A stretch of 64,000 nucleotides of DNA from an uncultured Pseudomonadota bacterium (GCA_963749075.1 CAVVLJ010000016.1:128001-192000); one strand, 5' to 3'. Shown: positions 10,891-20,659, counted from the first letter of the stretch. The notes: generated from the sequence alone by a model not told the origin. Made by a program: numbers and translations.

Positions 10891-10982
10891 GCGCGCGTCC
10901 GCCTGCTGACTGACGATGCGCGGCGCACCCCCGGCGGCCAGAGTCCGCACCGCACGCTAATCGAGGAGAGGCGAAGCGGCCT

Positions 10983-11123
10983 CTACACTTTTCTCGGACC
11001 CCTTTTGGGACTGTTTTGTGCCGTTTGATTCAGAACAGAAATTGCCCCGGCTTTTTGCTTTTCGGCGACGGCTTTCTTCGGTTTCTTCGCTTCCCGGTTC
11101 GATCTCTTCTGACCCTTCGCCAT
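10983..11123 (-). CDS. 46-aa Lys-rich small protein
   Basis: Manual translation MAKGQKRSNREAKKPKKAVAEKQKAGAISVLNQTAQNSPKRGPRKV*; too short for the supplied ORF track. Confidence 0.6.
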   Translation of the reverse strand: MAKGQKRSNREAKKPKKAVAEKQKAGAISVLNQTAQNSPKRGPRKV

Positions 11124-11236
11124 GTTCTTTCCCACTTCTACTGGATACGTCATCTCAGCGGCAGAGCTGCAGCCCGTTCCCTCGAGCTGGCGCCGTCAAA
11201 GACGCGTGAAGGCACGCAAAGCGACTTGGACTCGGA

Positions 11237-11323
11237 TTATGCCCGCGCGCGCTGCCGCCGGTGTTTCGCCTTCAGCTTGGCCTTGCGGCGATTGGAACGG
11301 TCTATCTTTCCTCGTCTTTTCAT
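11237..11323 (-). CDS. 28-aa Arg/Lys-rich small protein
   Basis: MKRRGKIDRSNRRKAKLKAKHRRQRARA*, preceded by AAGGTGAGGTG (strong Shine-Dalgarno). Confidence 0.55.
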   Translation of the reverse strand: MKRRGKIDRSNRRKAKLKAKHRRQRARA

Positions 11324-11442
11324 TTTGGCCCACCTCACCTTTCGCGACGTTTGAGTCTAACCCACCAATCTTACGACCCGCTCCCGATCGCCGGCCATCA
11401 CTTCCATCGGCCACCCTCAGCCCCGGCAGGAGCTCGCGGTAG

Positions 11443-12573
11443 CTACTGGATGACGATCCTCGGCGCTCGGCGCGCGATCTCGCCGAGCGACTCTTGCGCC
11501 TTCTCCCACACGCGCGCCGCGATCTCGAGATAGAGCTTGGCGTGGGCACTCTCGGGCTGCGAGATGACGATGGGCCGGCCGCCGTCGGAGGTCTCGCGGA
11601 TGGCGATGTCGAGGGGCACCTCGCCGAGGAACTCGATGCCGAGGCGCTCGGCCTCGCGCCGCGCCCCGCCGTGGCTGAAGATCTCGCTGCGCGCGCCGCA
11701 GTGGGGGCAGAGGAAGTAGCTCATGTTCTCGATGATGCCGAAGACCGGCACGTCGACCTTGCGGAACATGTTGAGGCCCTTGCGCGCATCGAGGAGGGCG
11801 ATGTCCTGCGGGGTGGAGACGATCACGGCGCCGGTGAGCGGCACCTGCTGGGCGAGCGTCAGCTGGGCGTCGCCGGTGCCGGGCGGCATGTCGACGACGA
11901 GCACGTCGCGCTCGCCCCACGCCACCTCGCGCAGCATCTGCTGGATGGCGCTCATCACCATGGGGCCGCGCCAGATCATCGGCGTGTCCTCGGCCACGAG
12001 GAAGCCCATGGACATGCAGGCGACGCCGTGGTTCTCGAGCGGCTCGAGCGTGTGCCCGTCGCTCGAGGACGGCCGGCCGGAGATGCCGAGCATGCGCGGC
12101 ATCGAGGGGCCGTAGATGTCGGCGTCCAGCACGCCGACCTTGAGCCCGAGCCGGGCGAGGCCCAAGGCCAGGTTGGCGGCGGTGGTCGATTTGCCGACCC
12201 CGCCCTTGCCGCTCGCCACCGCGACGATGGCGCGCACGCCCGGCACCATCGCCTTGCCGCCGCCGGCTGCCCGCTGCGCCGGGGCGCCCGCGCGCGCGGC
12301 CGGTGCCGCTGCGGCGGGCGAGGGGCGCTCGGCGGTGAGCACGGCGGTCACCGAGGAGACGCCGTCGAGGCGCATCACGGCCTCCTCGGCGGCCTTGCGG
12401 AGCGGCTCCATGCGCGCTCCCTTGCTCGCCTCAACGTCGATGGCGAAGCCCACGTTGCCGTCGCGCACGACGACGCCCGAGACCATGCCGAGCGACACGA
12501 TGTCTGCCTTCCGCTCGGGCTCGAGGACGGCCTTGAGCGCGGCTAAGACCTGCTGCTCCGTGACTCGGGCCAT
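11443..12573 (-). CDS. apbC: Mrp/ApbC Fe-S cluster carrier ATPase
   Basis: SGKGGVGKST, DADIYGPS, WRGPM, DMPPGTGD, ENMS..CPHC. Confidence 0.95.
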   Translation of the reverse strand: MARVTEQQVLAALKAVLEPERKADIVSLGMVSGVVVRDGNVGFAIDVEASKGARMEPLRKAAEEAVMRLDGVSSVTAVLTAERPSPAAAAPAARAGAPAQRAAGGGKAMVPGVRAIVAVASGKGGVGKSTTAANLALGLARLGLKVGVLDADIYGPSMPRMLGISGRPSSSDGHTLEPLENHGVACMSMGFLVAEDTPMIWRGPMVMSAIQQMLREVAWGERDVLVVDMPPGTGDAQLTLAQQVPLTGAVIVSTPQDIALLDARKGLNMFRKVDVPVFGIIENMSYFLCPHCGARSEIFSHGGARREAERLGIEFLGEVPLDIAIRETSDGGRPIVISQPESAHAKLYLEIAARVWEKAQESLGEIARRAPRIVIQ

Positions 12574-12628
12574 GCTTGAATTCTCCCCCGTCCGGCCAAT
12601 ATCCGCTTAAGCTCGCATCCGCTTTGGT

Positions 12629-12657
12629 TTGCACGGCCCGCCCGGCTGTCATATAAG
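12629..12657 (+). promoter_or_regulatory. Putative sigma70-family promoter of hflKC
   Basis: TTGCAC-N17-TATAAG, about 70 bp upstream of hflK. Confidence 0.45.
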
Positions 12658-12729
12658 GCCAGCGGGCCCCTTTGCAAAGCGCGCGTCCGGGGGCATTGCG
12701 GCCCTCTGCGGGCGCTGAGGATCAAGTAC

Positions 12730-13878
12730 ATGCCGTGGAGCAATCAAGGCGGTGGCGGCCCCTGGGGCGGCGGCGGTGGCAGCGGCGGCGGCGGTCCGGG
12801 CCCGTGGGGCCGCGGCCCGTCCGGTCCGCAGCCGCCCAATTTCGAGGACATCGTGCGCCGCTTCCAGGATCTGCTGCGGCGCTGGCTGCCGGGCGGCGGC
12901 CGCAACGCGCGGATCATCCCCCTCCTCGTCCTCGGCGCGATCCTGCTGTGGGCGGCCACCGGGTTCTATCGCGTGCAGCCGGACGAGCAGGGTGTTGCGC
13001 TCATCTTCGGGCGCTGGGTGGCGACCACCATGCCGGGCCTCCACTACAACCTGCCCGCCCCGATCGGTCACGTCTATACGCCCAAGGTGACGCGCGTGAA
13101 CCAGGTCGAGATCGGCTTTCGCAGCGGCGCCGAGATCGGCCGGCCCGGCGTGCTGCGCAACGTCGACCAGGAAAGCCTCATGCTGACCGGCGACGAGGAC
13201 ATCATCGACATCAAGGCGGTGGTCTTCTGGGTGATCGACGACGCGGGTAAATACCTCTTCAACATCCGCAACCCGGAGGGCACGGTCAAGGACGCCTCCG
13301 AGGCCGCCATCCGCGAGATCATCGGGCAGACCAATTTCGAGGTCGCCTATACCCAGGGGCGCAAGACGATCGCCACCGAGGCGCCCAAGCTCATCCAGCG
13401 CATCCTCAACAGCTACGACTCCGGCATCCGCATCACCCAGGTGGCCCTCCAGGCGATCGACCCGCCCAAGGAGGCCAAGAGCGCCTTCCTCGACGTGCAG
13501 ACCGCGCGCGAGGACAAGGAGCGCGCCATCAACGAGGCCCAGGGCTACCTCAACGAGGTGACCCAGAAGGCCCAGGGCCAGGCGGAGCAGATCACCAAGT
13601 CGGCCGACGCGTACAAGGCCGAGCGCGTCAACCAGGCGACGGGCGACTCCCAGCGCTTCCTCCTGATCTATCAGATGTATCTGCAGAACAAGGACGTGGC
13701 GACGCGCCGCATCTATCTCGACGCCATGGAGAAGATCCTGGGGGGCATGAACAAGGTGCTGATCCCGAAGGATATCTCCGGCAGCGGCGTGCTGCCCTAT
13801 CTGCCGCTCGACGAACTTCTCAAGCACCAGCCCCAGCCCCAGGCACATGAGGCGCAGCAGCGCGGAGGCCAGCCATGA
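12730..13878 (+). CDS. hflK: FtsH protease modulator HflK
   Basis: Gly-rich MPWSNQGGG..PWG N-terminus, TM segment, SPFH domain with MLTGDEDII. Confidence 0.95.
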   Translation: MPWSNQGGGGPWGGGGGSGGGGPGPWGRGPSGPQPPNFEDIVRRFQDLLRRWLPGGGRNARIIPLLVLGAILLWAATGFYRVQPDEQGVALIFGRWVATTMPGLHYNLPAPIGHVYTPKVTRVNQVEIGFRSGAEIGRPGVLRNVDQESLMLTGDEDIIDIKAVVFWVIDDAGKYLFNIRNPEGTVKDASEAAIREIIGQTNFEVAYTQGRKTIATEAPKLIQRILNSYDSGIRITQVALQAIDPPKEAKSAFLDVQTAREDKERAINEAQGYLNEVTQKAQGQAEQITKSADAYKAERVNQATGDSQRFLLIYQMYLQNKDVATRRIYLDAMEKILGGMNKVLIPKDISGSGVLPYLPLDELLKHQPQPQAHEAQQRGGQP

Positions 13879-14795
13879 GCCGCGGCGGTCTTCTGGGCGC
13901 CGGGATCGCGGCGCTCGTCCTCCTCATCCTCGCCTTTTCCGCCGTCTTCACGGTCGAGCCGTGGCAGCAGGCGCTCGTGCTGCAGTTGGGCGCGCCGCGC
14001 TACGTGACCGCGGAGCCCGGCCTCCACTTCAAGCTGCCGCTCATCCAGTCGGTCAGCTATTTCGACAAGCGCGTGCTCGACCTCGATGCGCGCGCGCCCG
14101 ACGCCACCACGCTCGACCAGAAGCAGCTGCAGGTCGACGCCTACGCGCGCTACCGCATCGTCGATCCGCTGCGCTTCTATCAGGCCGTCAACAACGAGCA
14201 GGGGATCGAGGCTCGGCTCGGCTCGCTCATCAATTCGACGCTGAGGAACGTGATCAGCGACGTGCCGCTGCTCACCTTGCTGACGCCCGAGCGCGCGGCG
14301 ATCATGCAGCGCATCACCAGCACCGTCGACAGCGAGGCGAAGAGCATGGGCATCAAGGTGATCGACGTGCGGCTCAAGCGCATCGACCTGCCGGAGGCGA
14401 ACACGCAGGCGGTGGTGCACCGCATGCAGACCCAGCGCGGCCAGGAGGCGCGCAAGATCCGCGCCGAGGGCGACAAGGAGGCCAGGCGCATCCATGCCGA
14501 CGCGGATCTGCAGGAGCGCGTGATCCTCGCCGAGGCGCGCAAGCAGGCCGAGATCGTGCAGGGCCAAGGCGACGCCGAGGCACAGCGCATCTACAACGCC
14601 TCCTACGGCAAGGATCCGCAGTTCTTCGACTTCTGGCGCTCGCTCCAGGCGCTCACCACGGCGCTGCCCAAGGACACCACCACCTATGTGGGCCCGCCGG
14701 AGGGCGACTTCTTCCGCTACTTCGGCCATATGAACGGCAGCAGCGGCGCTGCGGCACCGGCGGCCGCGCCGGCGGCCGCGCCGGCGAAGCAGTAG
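13875..14795 (+). CDS. hflC: FtsH protease modulator HflC
   Basis: PGLHFKLP, YRIVDPLRF, DPQFFDFWRSL; overlaps the hflK stop. Confidence 0.95.
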   Translation: MSRGGLLGAGIAALVLLILAFSAVFTVEPWQQALVLQLGAPRYVTAEPGLHFKLPLIQSVSYFDKRVLDLDARAPDATTLDQKQLQVDAYARYRIVDPLRFYQAVNNEQGIEARLGSLINSTLRNVISDVPLLTLLTPERAAIMQRITSTVDSEAKSMGIKVIDVRLKRIDLPEANTQAVVHRMQTQRGQEARKIRAEGDKEARRIHADADLQERVILAEARKQAEIVQGQGDAEAQRIYNASYGKDPQFFDFWRSLQALTTALPKDTTTYVGPPEGDFFRYFGHMNGSSGAAAPAAAPAAAPAKQ

Positions 14796-14836
14796 ACGGC
14801 CGCGATGGCGGCTGCGGTGGTGCCGAGGCGGGCGCG

Positions 14837-15022
14837 GTGTCGGACTTCCTGACGGCGCTCGGCCTCGTCCTGGTCATCGAGGGCGTGCTCTATGCCCTCT
14901 TTCCCGACGCGCTCAGGCGGATGATGGCGCTGGCGCTGGCCCAGCCGCACGGCGCCGTGCGCGCGGTGGGCCTAGCCGCCGCGGCGCTCGGCGTCGCCAT
15001 CGTCTGGCTCGTGCGCGGCTAG
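14837..15022 (+). CDS. DUF2065/YjeT-family small membrane protein
   Basis: DFLTALGLVLVIEGVLYALFP; usual position after hflC. Confidence 0.85.
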   Translation: MSDFLTALGLVLVIEGVLYALFPDALRRMMALALAQPHGAVRAVGLAAAALGVAIVWLVRG

Positions 15023-15160
15023 AGCACTCCTGCCCGGGAGATCACGCGCAATTGGCTTGACCCTGCTCGCGGCAGGCGTCAAATCATTCCCCGGGCGGCG
15101 CAATCGGATCATACTGGCGATCGAGAGGCTGGCCGCGCAGGCGTGCGGGCGGAGAGAGCG

Positions 15161-16705
15161 ATGGAGAACGACGTGAGCGAAGTCATGTCATGCAGCACCC
15201 GCGTGCCGGCCGGACCGCCGCAAGGGCGGAGAGGCCGCGGCATCCGGGTGGGGCTGGCTGCGGCCATTGCCGTCGCGGGCCTGCTCTGGACGGCCGGCGG
15301 CCAGGCGGCCGGGGGGCCCCCCGTCAGCTTCGCCGATCTCGTCGAGAAGCTCATTCCGGCGGTGGTCAACATCTCGACCACGCAGACCGTCAAGGGACAG
15401 GAGCGGCCGGGGGTCGAGGTTCCCCAGTTTCCCCCGGGCTCGCCCTTCGAGGAGTTCTTCAAGGATTTCTTCGACCGCCAGCAGCGCGAGCAGCGGGCGC
15501 GCAAGGTGACCTCGCTCGGCTCCGGCTTCATCATCGATCCGGCCGGCTACATCGTGACCAACAACCACGTCATCAACGACGCCGACGAGATCACCGTCAT
15601 CCTCGAGGACAACGGCAGCACCAACCTCAAGGCCAAGGTCGTCGGCCGCGACAGCAAGACCGATCTGGCGCTGCTCAAGGTCGAGGCCGGCCATCCGCTC
15701 GCCGCCGTCAAGTTCGGCGACTCGGACAAGGCCCGCGTCGGCGACTGGGTGGTGGCGATCGGCAATCCCTTCGGGCTCGGCGGCACGGTCACCGCGGGCA
15801 TCGTCTCGGCGCGCGCGCGCGAGCTCAACTCCGGACCCTACGACGACTTCCTGCAGACCGACGCCGCCATCAACAAGGGCAACTCGGGCGGGCCGATGTT
15901 CAACATGGCGGGCGACGTGATCGGCGTGAACTCGGCGATCTACTCGCCAACCGGCGGCAGCGTCGGCATCGGCTTCGCCATTCCCTCCTCGCTCGCCAAG
16001 CCGGTGATCGACCAGCTGCGCAAGTTCGGCCGCACCAGGCGGGGCTGGCTCGGCGTGCGCATCCAGACCGTGACCGACGAGATCGCCGAGACCATGGGGC
16101 TCGCCAAGCCAACCGGCGCCCTCGTCGCCAGCGTGAACGCCGGCGGGCCGGCCGAGCAGGCGGGCATCCAGGGAGGCGACATCATCGTCAAGTTCGACGG
16201 CAAGGACGTGGACGACATGCGCCACCTGCCGCGCATCGTGGCGGAGACCGAGATCGGCAAGACCGTGCCCGTCGAGATCATCCGCAAGGGCGTCCACCGC
16301 ACGGTGAGCGCCAAGGTGGGCGAGCTCCAGGAGGAGGAGCAGGTGGCGAGCGTCTCCGCCAAGGAGAAGGAGAAGCCCGCCGGACCCGGCAAGGAGCAGA
16401 AGGTCGACAGCCTCGGGCTCTCGCTGGCGCCGCTCAGCCAGGAGCTGCGCGACCAGTTCGAGATCGGCGCCGAGGTCAAAGGCGTCGTCGTCACCACCGT
16501 CGCCTCCGCCGGCAGCGCCGCCGAGAAGGGCCTCAAGCCCGGCGACGTGATCGTCGAGGTGAACCAGGAGGAGGTCGCCTCGCCGGCCGATGTCGCCGGC
16601 GCCGTCGACAAGGCGCAGCAGGCCGGCCGCAAATCGGTGCTGCTGCTCATCGAGCGCGAGGGCGACATCCGCTTCGAGGCGGTGCGCATCGGCGGCAAGA
16701 AGTAG
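15161..16705 (+). CDS. DegQ/Do-family periplasmic serine protease with two PDZ domains
   Basis: TNNHV, DLALLK, GNPFG, GNSGGP; RRGWLGV PDZ entry; start uncertain. Confidence 0.95.
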   Translation: MENDVSEVMSCSTRVPAGPPQGRRGRGIRVGLAAAIAVAGLLWTAGGQAAGGPPVSFADLVEKLIPAVVNISTTQTVKGQERPGVEVPQFPPGSPFEEFFKDFFDRQQREQRARKVTSLGSGFIIDPAGYIVTNNHVINDADEITVILEDNGSTNLKAKVVGRDSKTDLALLKVEAGHPLAAVKFGDSDKARVGDWVVAIGNPFGLGGTVTAGIVSARARELNSGPYDDFLQTDAAINKGNSGGPMFNMAGDVIGVNSAIYSPTGGSVGIGFAIPSSLAKPVIDQLRKFGRTRRGWLGVRIQTVTDEIAETMGLAKPTGALVASVNAGGPAEQAGIQGGDIIVKFDGKDVDDMRHLPRIVAETEIGKTVPVEIIRKGVHRTVSAKVGELQEEEQVASVSAKEKEKPAGPGKEQKVDSLGLSLAPLSQELRDQFEIGAEVKGVVVTTVASAGSAAEKGLKPGDVIVEVNQEEVASPADVAGAVDKAQQAGRKSVLLLIEREGDIRFEAVRIGGKK

Positions 16706-16719
16706 GCAAGGGCATGAAA

Positions 16720-16864
16720 TCCCTCTCCCGTTTACGGGAGAGGGAAGGGGCCCATCCCGAAGGGATGGGAAGGGTGAGGGAATGCCGGATGTCGGCGCTG
16801 TCCCTCACCCTCCCACGGCCTTGCGGCCGCGGGTCCCTCCCGCTCCCGCAAGCGGGAGAGGGGA
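16720..16864. repeat. RIME/CIR-like palindromic intergenic element
   Basis: Nested hairpins TCCCTCTCCCG-TTTA-CGGGAGAGGGA, CCCATCCC-GAA-GGGATGGG, AGGGTGAGGG/CCCTCACCCT and CCCGC-AA-GCGGG between convergent degQ and serB. Confidence 0.8.
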
Positions 16865-16888
16865 GTGTTGCCATCTCCCGTCGGCCAC

Positions 16889-17785
16889 CTAAGCCGCGAA
16901 CTCGTCCCTCCGGTAGCCCTGGAAGTAGAGGAGTGCCGTGAGGTCGCCGTGGTCGACGCGCGCGCGCGCCGCCGAGGCGAGCGCCGGCTTGCCGCGGTAG
17001 GCGACGCCGAGGCCCGCAGCCTGGATCATCTTGAGGTCGTTGGCGCCGTCGCCCACCGCGAGCGTCGCCGCGCGCGGGATGCCGCGCGCCGCGGCGAGCC
17101 GCTTGAGCGCCGCGTATTTGCCGTCGCGGTTTATGGCCGGCGGCACCACCCGGCCGGTCAGCCGGCCGTGGAGGATCTCGAGCTCGTTCGCCTCGTCGTA
17201 GTCGAAGCCCACGAGCTCGCGCACGCGGCGGGAGAAGAAGCGGAAGCCGCCCGAGACGAGCGCCGTATAGGCGCCCGCCTTGCGCATGGTGCCGACGAGC
17301 GCCGCAGCGCCCGGCATGAGGAAGACGCGCTGCCAGGCGCGCTCGAGCGCCTCCTCGGAAAGGCCCGCGAGCATGGCGACGCGCTCCTCGAGCGCCGCCG
17401 TGAAATCGATCTCGCCGCGCATCGAGCGCTCGGTGATCGCCGCAATGCGCCCCTTGAGGCCGGCGAAATCCGCGAGCTCGTCGAGCGTCTCCACCCCGAC
17501 GATGGTCGAGTCCATGTCGGCTACGAGGAGGCGCTTCTGCCGGCCGGCGCTCGCCTGGGCGAGGAGGTCGAAGGGCGCTTCGCCGAGGACCGCGCGCGCC
17601 GCCGTTTCGGCGCCCCGCCAGCCGATGCCCGAGAACGGCAGGTCGACCGCCAGGTCTGCTGCCAGCCAACGCCGCTCGCCCACGCGCGCGCCGAGTGCGG
17701 CGAGCGCCGAGCGCACCTCGCCGAGCGTGCTATTCTCGATACCGCCGGTCTCGGCACCGGCGACCAGGGTCAGGACATGCTGCAT
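16889..17785 (-). CDS. serB: Phosphoserine phosphatase
   Basis: HAD motif DMDST, VSGGF, GDGAND. Confidence 0.95.
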   Translation of the reverse strand: MQHVLTLVAGAETGGIENSTLGEVRSALAALGARVGERRWLAADLAVDLPFSGIGWRGAETAARAVLGEAPFDLLAQASAGRQKRLLVADMDSTIVGVETLDELADFAGLKGRIAAITERSMRGEIDFTAALEERVAMLAGLSEEALERAWQRVFLMPGAAALVGTMRKAGAYTALVSGGFRFFSRRVRELVGFDYDEANELEILHGRLTGRVVPPAINRDGKYAALKRLAAARGIPRAATLAVGDGANDLKMIQAAGLGVAYRGKPALASAARARVDHGDLTALLYFQGYRRDEFAA

Positions 17786-17862
17786 CGCAATATGAGATTG
17801 TGCGGACGCGAATTTATGAGCAAGGTGCCGCTTGCCGCAAGGCGGATCGCGGCCCGCCGCGC

Positions 17863-18825
17863 GTGAGCCGGCCCGTCCTCATCGTGGCGGGGCCGACCGC
17901 AAGCGGCAAATCGCCGCTGGCGCTTGCCGTCGCCGAGGAGGCGGCCGGCACCATCATCAATGCCGACAGCATGCAGATCTACCGCGAGCTCGCCATCCTC
18001 ACCGCGCGGCCGGATGCGGTGGCCCTGGCACGCGTCCCCCACCGGCTCTACGGCGTGCTCTCGGTCGAGGAGCCGTGCTCGGCGGGACGCTGGCGCGAGA
18101 TGGCGCTCGCCGAGATCGCGGGCGCCCATGCGGCCGGCCGGCTCCCCATCGTGACCGGCGGCAGCGGCCTCTATCTCAAGGCGCTCGTCGAGGGGCTCGC
18201 CGCAGTGCCCCCAGTGCCGCCCGAGGTGCGCGCCCGCGGCCGGGAGCTTTACGCCGAGCTCGGACCGGCAGCCTTCCACCAGGCCCTCGCCGCGCGCGAT
18301 CCGGCGGGTGCCGCCAAGCTCAGGCCGCGCGACCGCCAGCGCCAGCTGCGCACCTGGGAGGTGCTGGAGGCGACCGGCCGGCCGCTCGCGGCCTGGCAGC
18401 AGGAGGCGAAGGTGCCGCCTGCGGACGAGCTCGCCTTCGCGGCCATCCTCTGCGATCCGCCGAAGCCTGGGCTCTATGCCGCCATCGAGCGCCGCTTCGA
18501 CGCCATGATGGCGGCCGGTGCCCTCGCGGAGGTCGCAGCACTCAGCGCCCGCAGCCTCGATCCGGCCCTGCCCGCGCTGCGCGCCGTGGGAGTGGCCGAG
18601 CTGATGCGGCACCTGGCCGGCGAGCTCACCCTCGAGGAGGCCGTGGCGCTCGCCAAGCAGGCGAGCCGCCGGCTCGCCAAGCGCCAGCTCACCTGGTTCC
18701 GCCACCACGAGCCGGCGCCCGACCTTCTGGTCATCGATCACCGCCCGGCCGCGCAATATTCGGAAAGTTTCAAAGCAAGAATCTTTAATTTTATTCGTCA
18801 TAACCTGTTGACCGTGGCGGAATGA
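17863..18825 (+). CDS. miaA: tRNA dimethylallyltransferase
   Basis: GPTASGKS, NADSMQIY, GGSGLY, KRQLTWFR; GTG start. Confidence 0.95.
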   Translation: MSRPVLIVAGPTASGKSPLALAVAEEAAGTIINADSMQIYRELAILTARPDAVALARVPHRLYGVLSVEEPCSAGRWREMALAEIAGAHAAGRLPIVTGGSGLYLKALVEGLAAVPPVPPEVRARGRELYAELGPAAFHQALAARDPAGAAKLRPRDRQRQLRTWEVLEATGRPLAAWQQEAKVPPADELAFAAILCDPPKPGLYAAIERRFDAMMAAGALAEVAALSARSLDPALPALRAVGVAELMRHLAGELTLEEAVALAKQASRRLAKRQLTWFRHHEPAPDLLVIDHRPAAQYSESFKARIFNFIRHNLLTVAE

Positions 18826-18836
18826 GCGTCTAGTTT
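18808..18836 (+). promoter_or_regulatory. Putative sigma70 promoter of ilvBNC overlapping the miaA 3' end
   Basis: TTGACC-N17-TAGTTT, preceded by an AT-rich tract at 18757-18803. Confidence 0.55.
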
Positions 18837-18895
18837 GCCTCCCCCGCGCGCCCGGTCGGGCCGCGGGCGGCGGCTTTCTGAAGCGGAGCGGGACG

Positions 18896-20656
18896 ATGGC
18901 GGCGGACTCCTTCAACGGATCGGATGTGGTCATCAAAGCCCTTGTCGATCAAGGGGTTGAGGTCATCTTCGGCTATCCGGGCGGAGCCGTGCTGCCGCTC
19001 TATGACGCGCTCTACAAGCAGAACCATCTGCGCCACGTGCTGGTGCGCCAGGAGGGCGGTGCGGTGCACGCGGCCGAAGGCTATGCGCGCTCGACCGGCA
19101 AGGTGGGCGTCGTCCTGGTCACTTCGGGGCCGGGCGCCACCAATGCGGTCACGGGGCTGACCGACGCGCTCATGGACTCGATCCCGCTCGTCTGCCTGAC
19201 CGGCCAGGTGCCCACCCATCTCATCGGCAACGACGCCTTCCAGGAGGCCGACACGGTCGGCATCACGCGCCCCTGCACCAAGCACAATTACCTGGTGAAG
19301 CGGCCCGAGGACCTGGCGCGCGTCATGCACGAGGCGTTCTACGTGGCGCGCAGCGGCCGGCCCGGCCCCGTGGTGGTCGACCTGCCCAAGGACATCCTGC
19401 AGAACGCCGCACCCTATACCGCACCCGAGCGCGTGCAACACCGCAGCTACAAGCCCAAGCTCAAGCCGGAGCGCGCGCCGCTCGAGGCAGCGCTCGAGCT
19501 CATGCTCGCGGCCAAGCGCCCCATCTTCTACACGGGCGGCGGCGTCATCAACTCCGGCCCCGCCGCCTCCCAGCTCTTGACGCAGCTCGTGCGCCTCTCG
19601 GGCTTCCCCTGCACCAACACCCTCATGGGCCTCGGCGCCTTTCCCGGGAGCGACCCGCAGTTCCTCGGCATGCTCGGCATGCACGGCACCTACGAGGCGA
19701 ACCTCGCCATGCACGAATGCGACGTGCTGATCGCGGTGGGGGCGCGCTTCGACGACCGGGTCACCGGCAAGCTCGCCGAGTTCTCGCCCGGGGCGAAGAA
19801 GATCCAGATCGACATCGATCCCTCCTCGATCAACAAGAACGTGCGCGTCGACATCGGCATCGTGGGCGACGTGGCCCACGTGCTGGAGGACCTCATCAAG
19901 CTGTGGAAGGCGAAGCAGCGGCGGCCCGACCACAAGGCGCTCGACGCCTGGTGGCAAAAGATCGCGGCGTGGCGCAAGCGCGACTGCCTTGCCTACAAGC
20001 AAGGGCCCGACATCATCAAGCCGCAATACGCCATCCAGCGGCTCTACGAGCTCACCATGGCGAAGGAGCCCTTCATCACCACCGAGGTGGGCCAGCACCA
20101 GATGTGGGCGGCGCAGTTCTTCAAGTTCGAGAAGCCTTACCACTGGATGACCTCGGGCGGCCTCGGCACCATGGGCTACGGCCTGCCGGCCGCCATGGGC
20201 GTGCAGGTGGCGCACCCCGATGCCCTCGTCATCGACGTGGCCGGCGAGGCCTCGATCATGATGAACATCCAGGAGATGTCGACCGTCCAGCAGTACCGTC
20301 TGCCGGTCAAGGTCTTCATCGTCAACAACCAGTACATGGGCATGGTGCGCCAGTGGCAGGAGCTGCTCCACGGCGGGCGCTATGCCGAGAGCTACATGGA
20401 CTCGCTGCCCGACTTCGTGAAGCTGGCCGAGGCCTTCGGCGCCGTGGGCCTGCGCGCCGAGAAGCCCGGCGAGGTCGACGGCCTGATCGAGGAGATGATC
20501 CGCATCCCGCGCGCCGTCATCGCCGACGTGCGCGTCGACCAGGCCGAGAACTGCTTCCCCATGATCCCCGCCGGGCGCGCGCACCACGAGATGATCCTCG
20601 GGCCCGAGGACAAGGCGGGCAAGGCGGCGACCGAGGAGGGCATGGTGCTGGTCTGA
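18896..20656 (+). CDS. ilvB: Acetolactate synthase large subunit
   Basis: FGYPGGAVL, TSGPGATN, GMLGMHG, SGGLGTMG, GMVRQWQ. Confidence 0.96.
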   Translation: MAADSFNGSDVVIKALVDQGVEVIFGYPGGAVLPLYDALYKQNHLRHVLVRQEGGAVHAAEGYARSTGKVGVVLVTSGPGATNAVTGLTDALMDSIPLVCLTGQVPTHLIGNDAFQEADTVGITRPCTKHNYLVKRPEDLARVMHEAFYVARSGRPGPVVVDLPKDILQNAAPYTAPERVQHRSYKPKLKPERAPLEAALELMLAAKRPIFYTGGGVINSGPAASQLLTQLVRLSGFPCTNTLMGLGAFPGSDPQFLGMLGMHGTYEANLAMHECDVLIAVGARFDDRVTGKLAEFSPGAKKIQIDIDPSSINKNVRVDIGIVGDVAHVLEDLIKLWKAKQRRPDHKALDAWWQKIAAWRKRDCLAYKQGPDIIKPQYAIQRLYELTMAKEPFITTEVGQHQMWAAQFFKFEKPYHWMTSGGLGTMGYGLPAAMGVQVAHPDALVIDVAGEASIMMNIQEMSTVQQYRLPVKVFIVNNQYMGMVRQWQELLHGGRYAESYMDSLPDFVKLAEAFGAVGLRAEKPGEVDGLIEEMIRIPRAVIADVRVDQAENCFPMIPAGRAHHEMILGPEDKAGKAATEEGMVLV

Positions 20657-20659
20657 GAG

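Noticed and set aside
11016-11442. Plus-strand ORFs of 63-112 aa in the thyX-apbC gap
   Set aside because: Phe/Leu/Ser-rich mirror images of the Lys/Arg-rich minus-strand small ORFs, which have better start signals.
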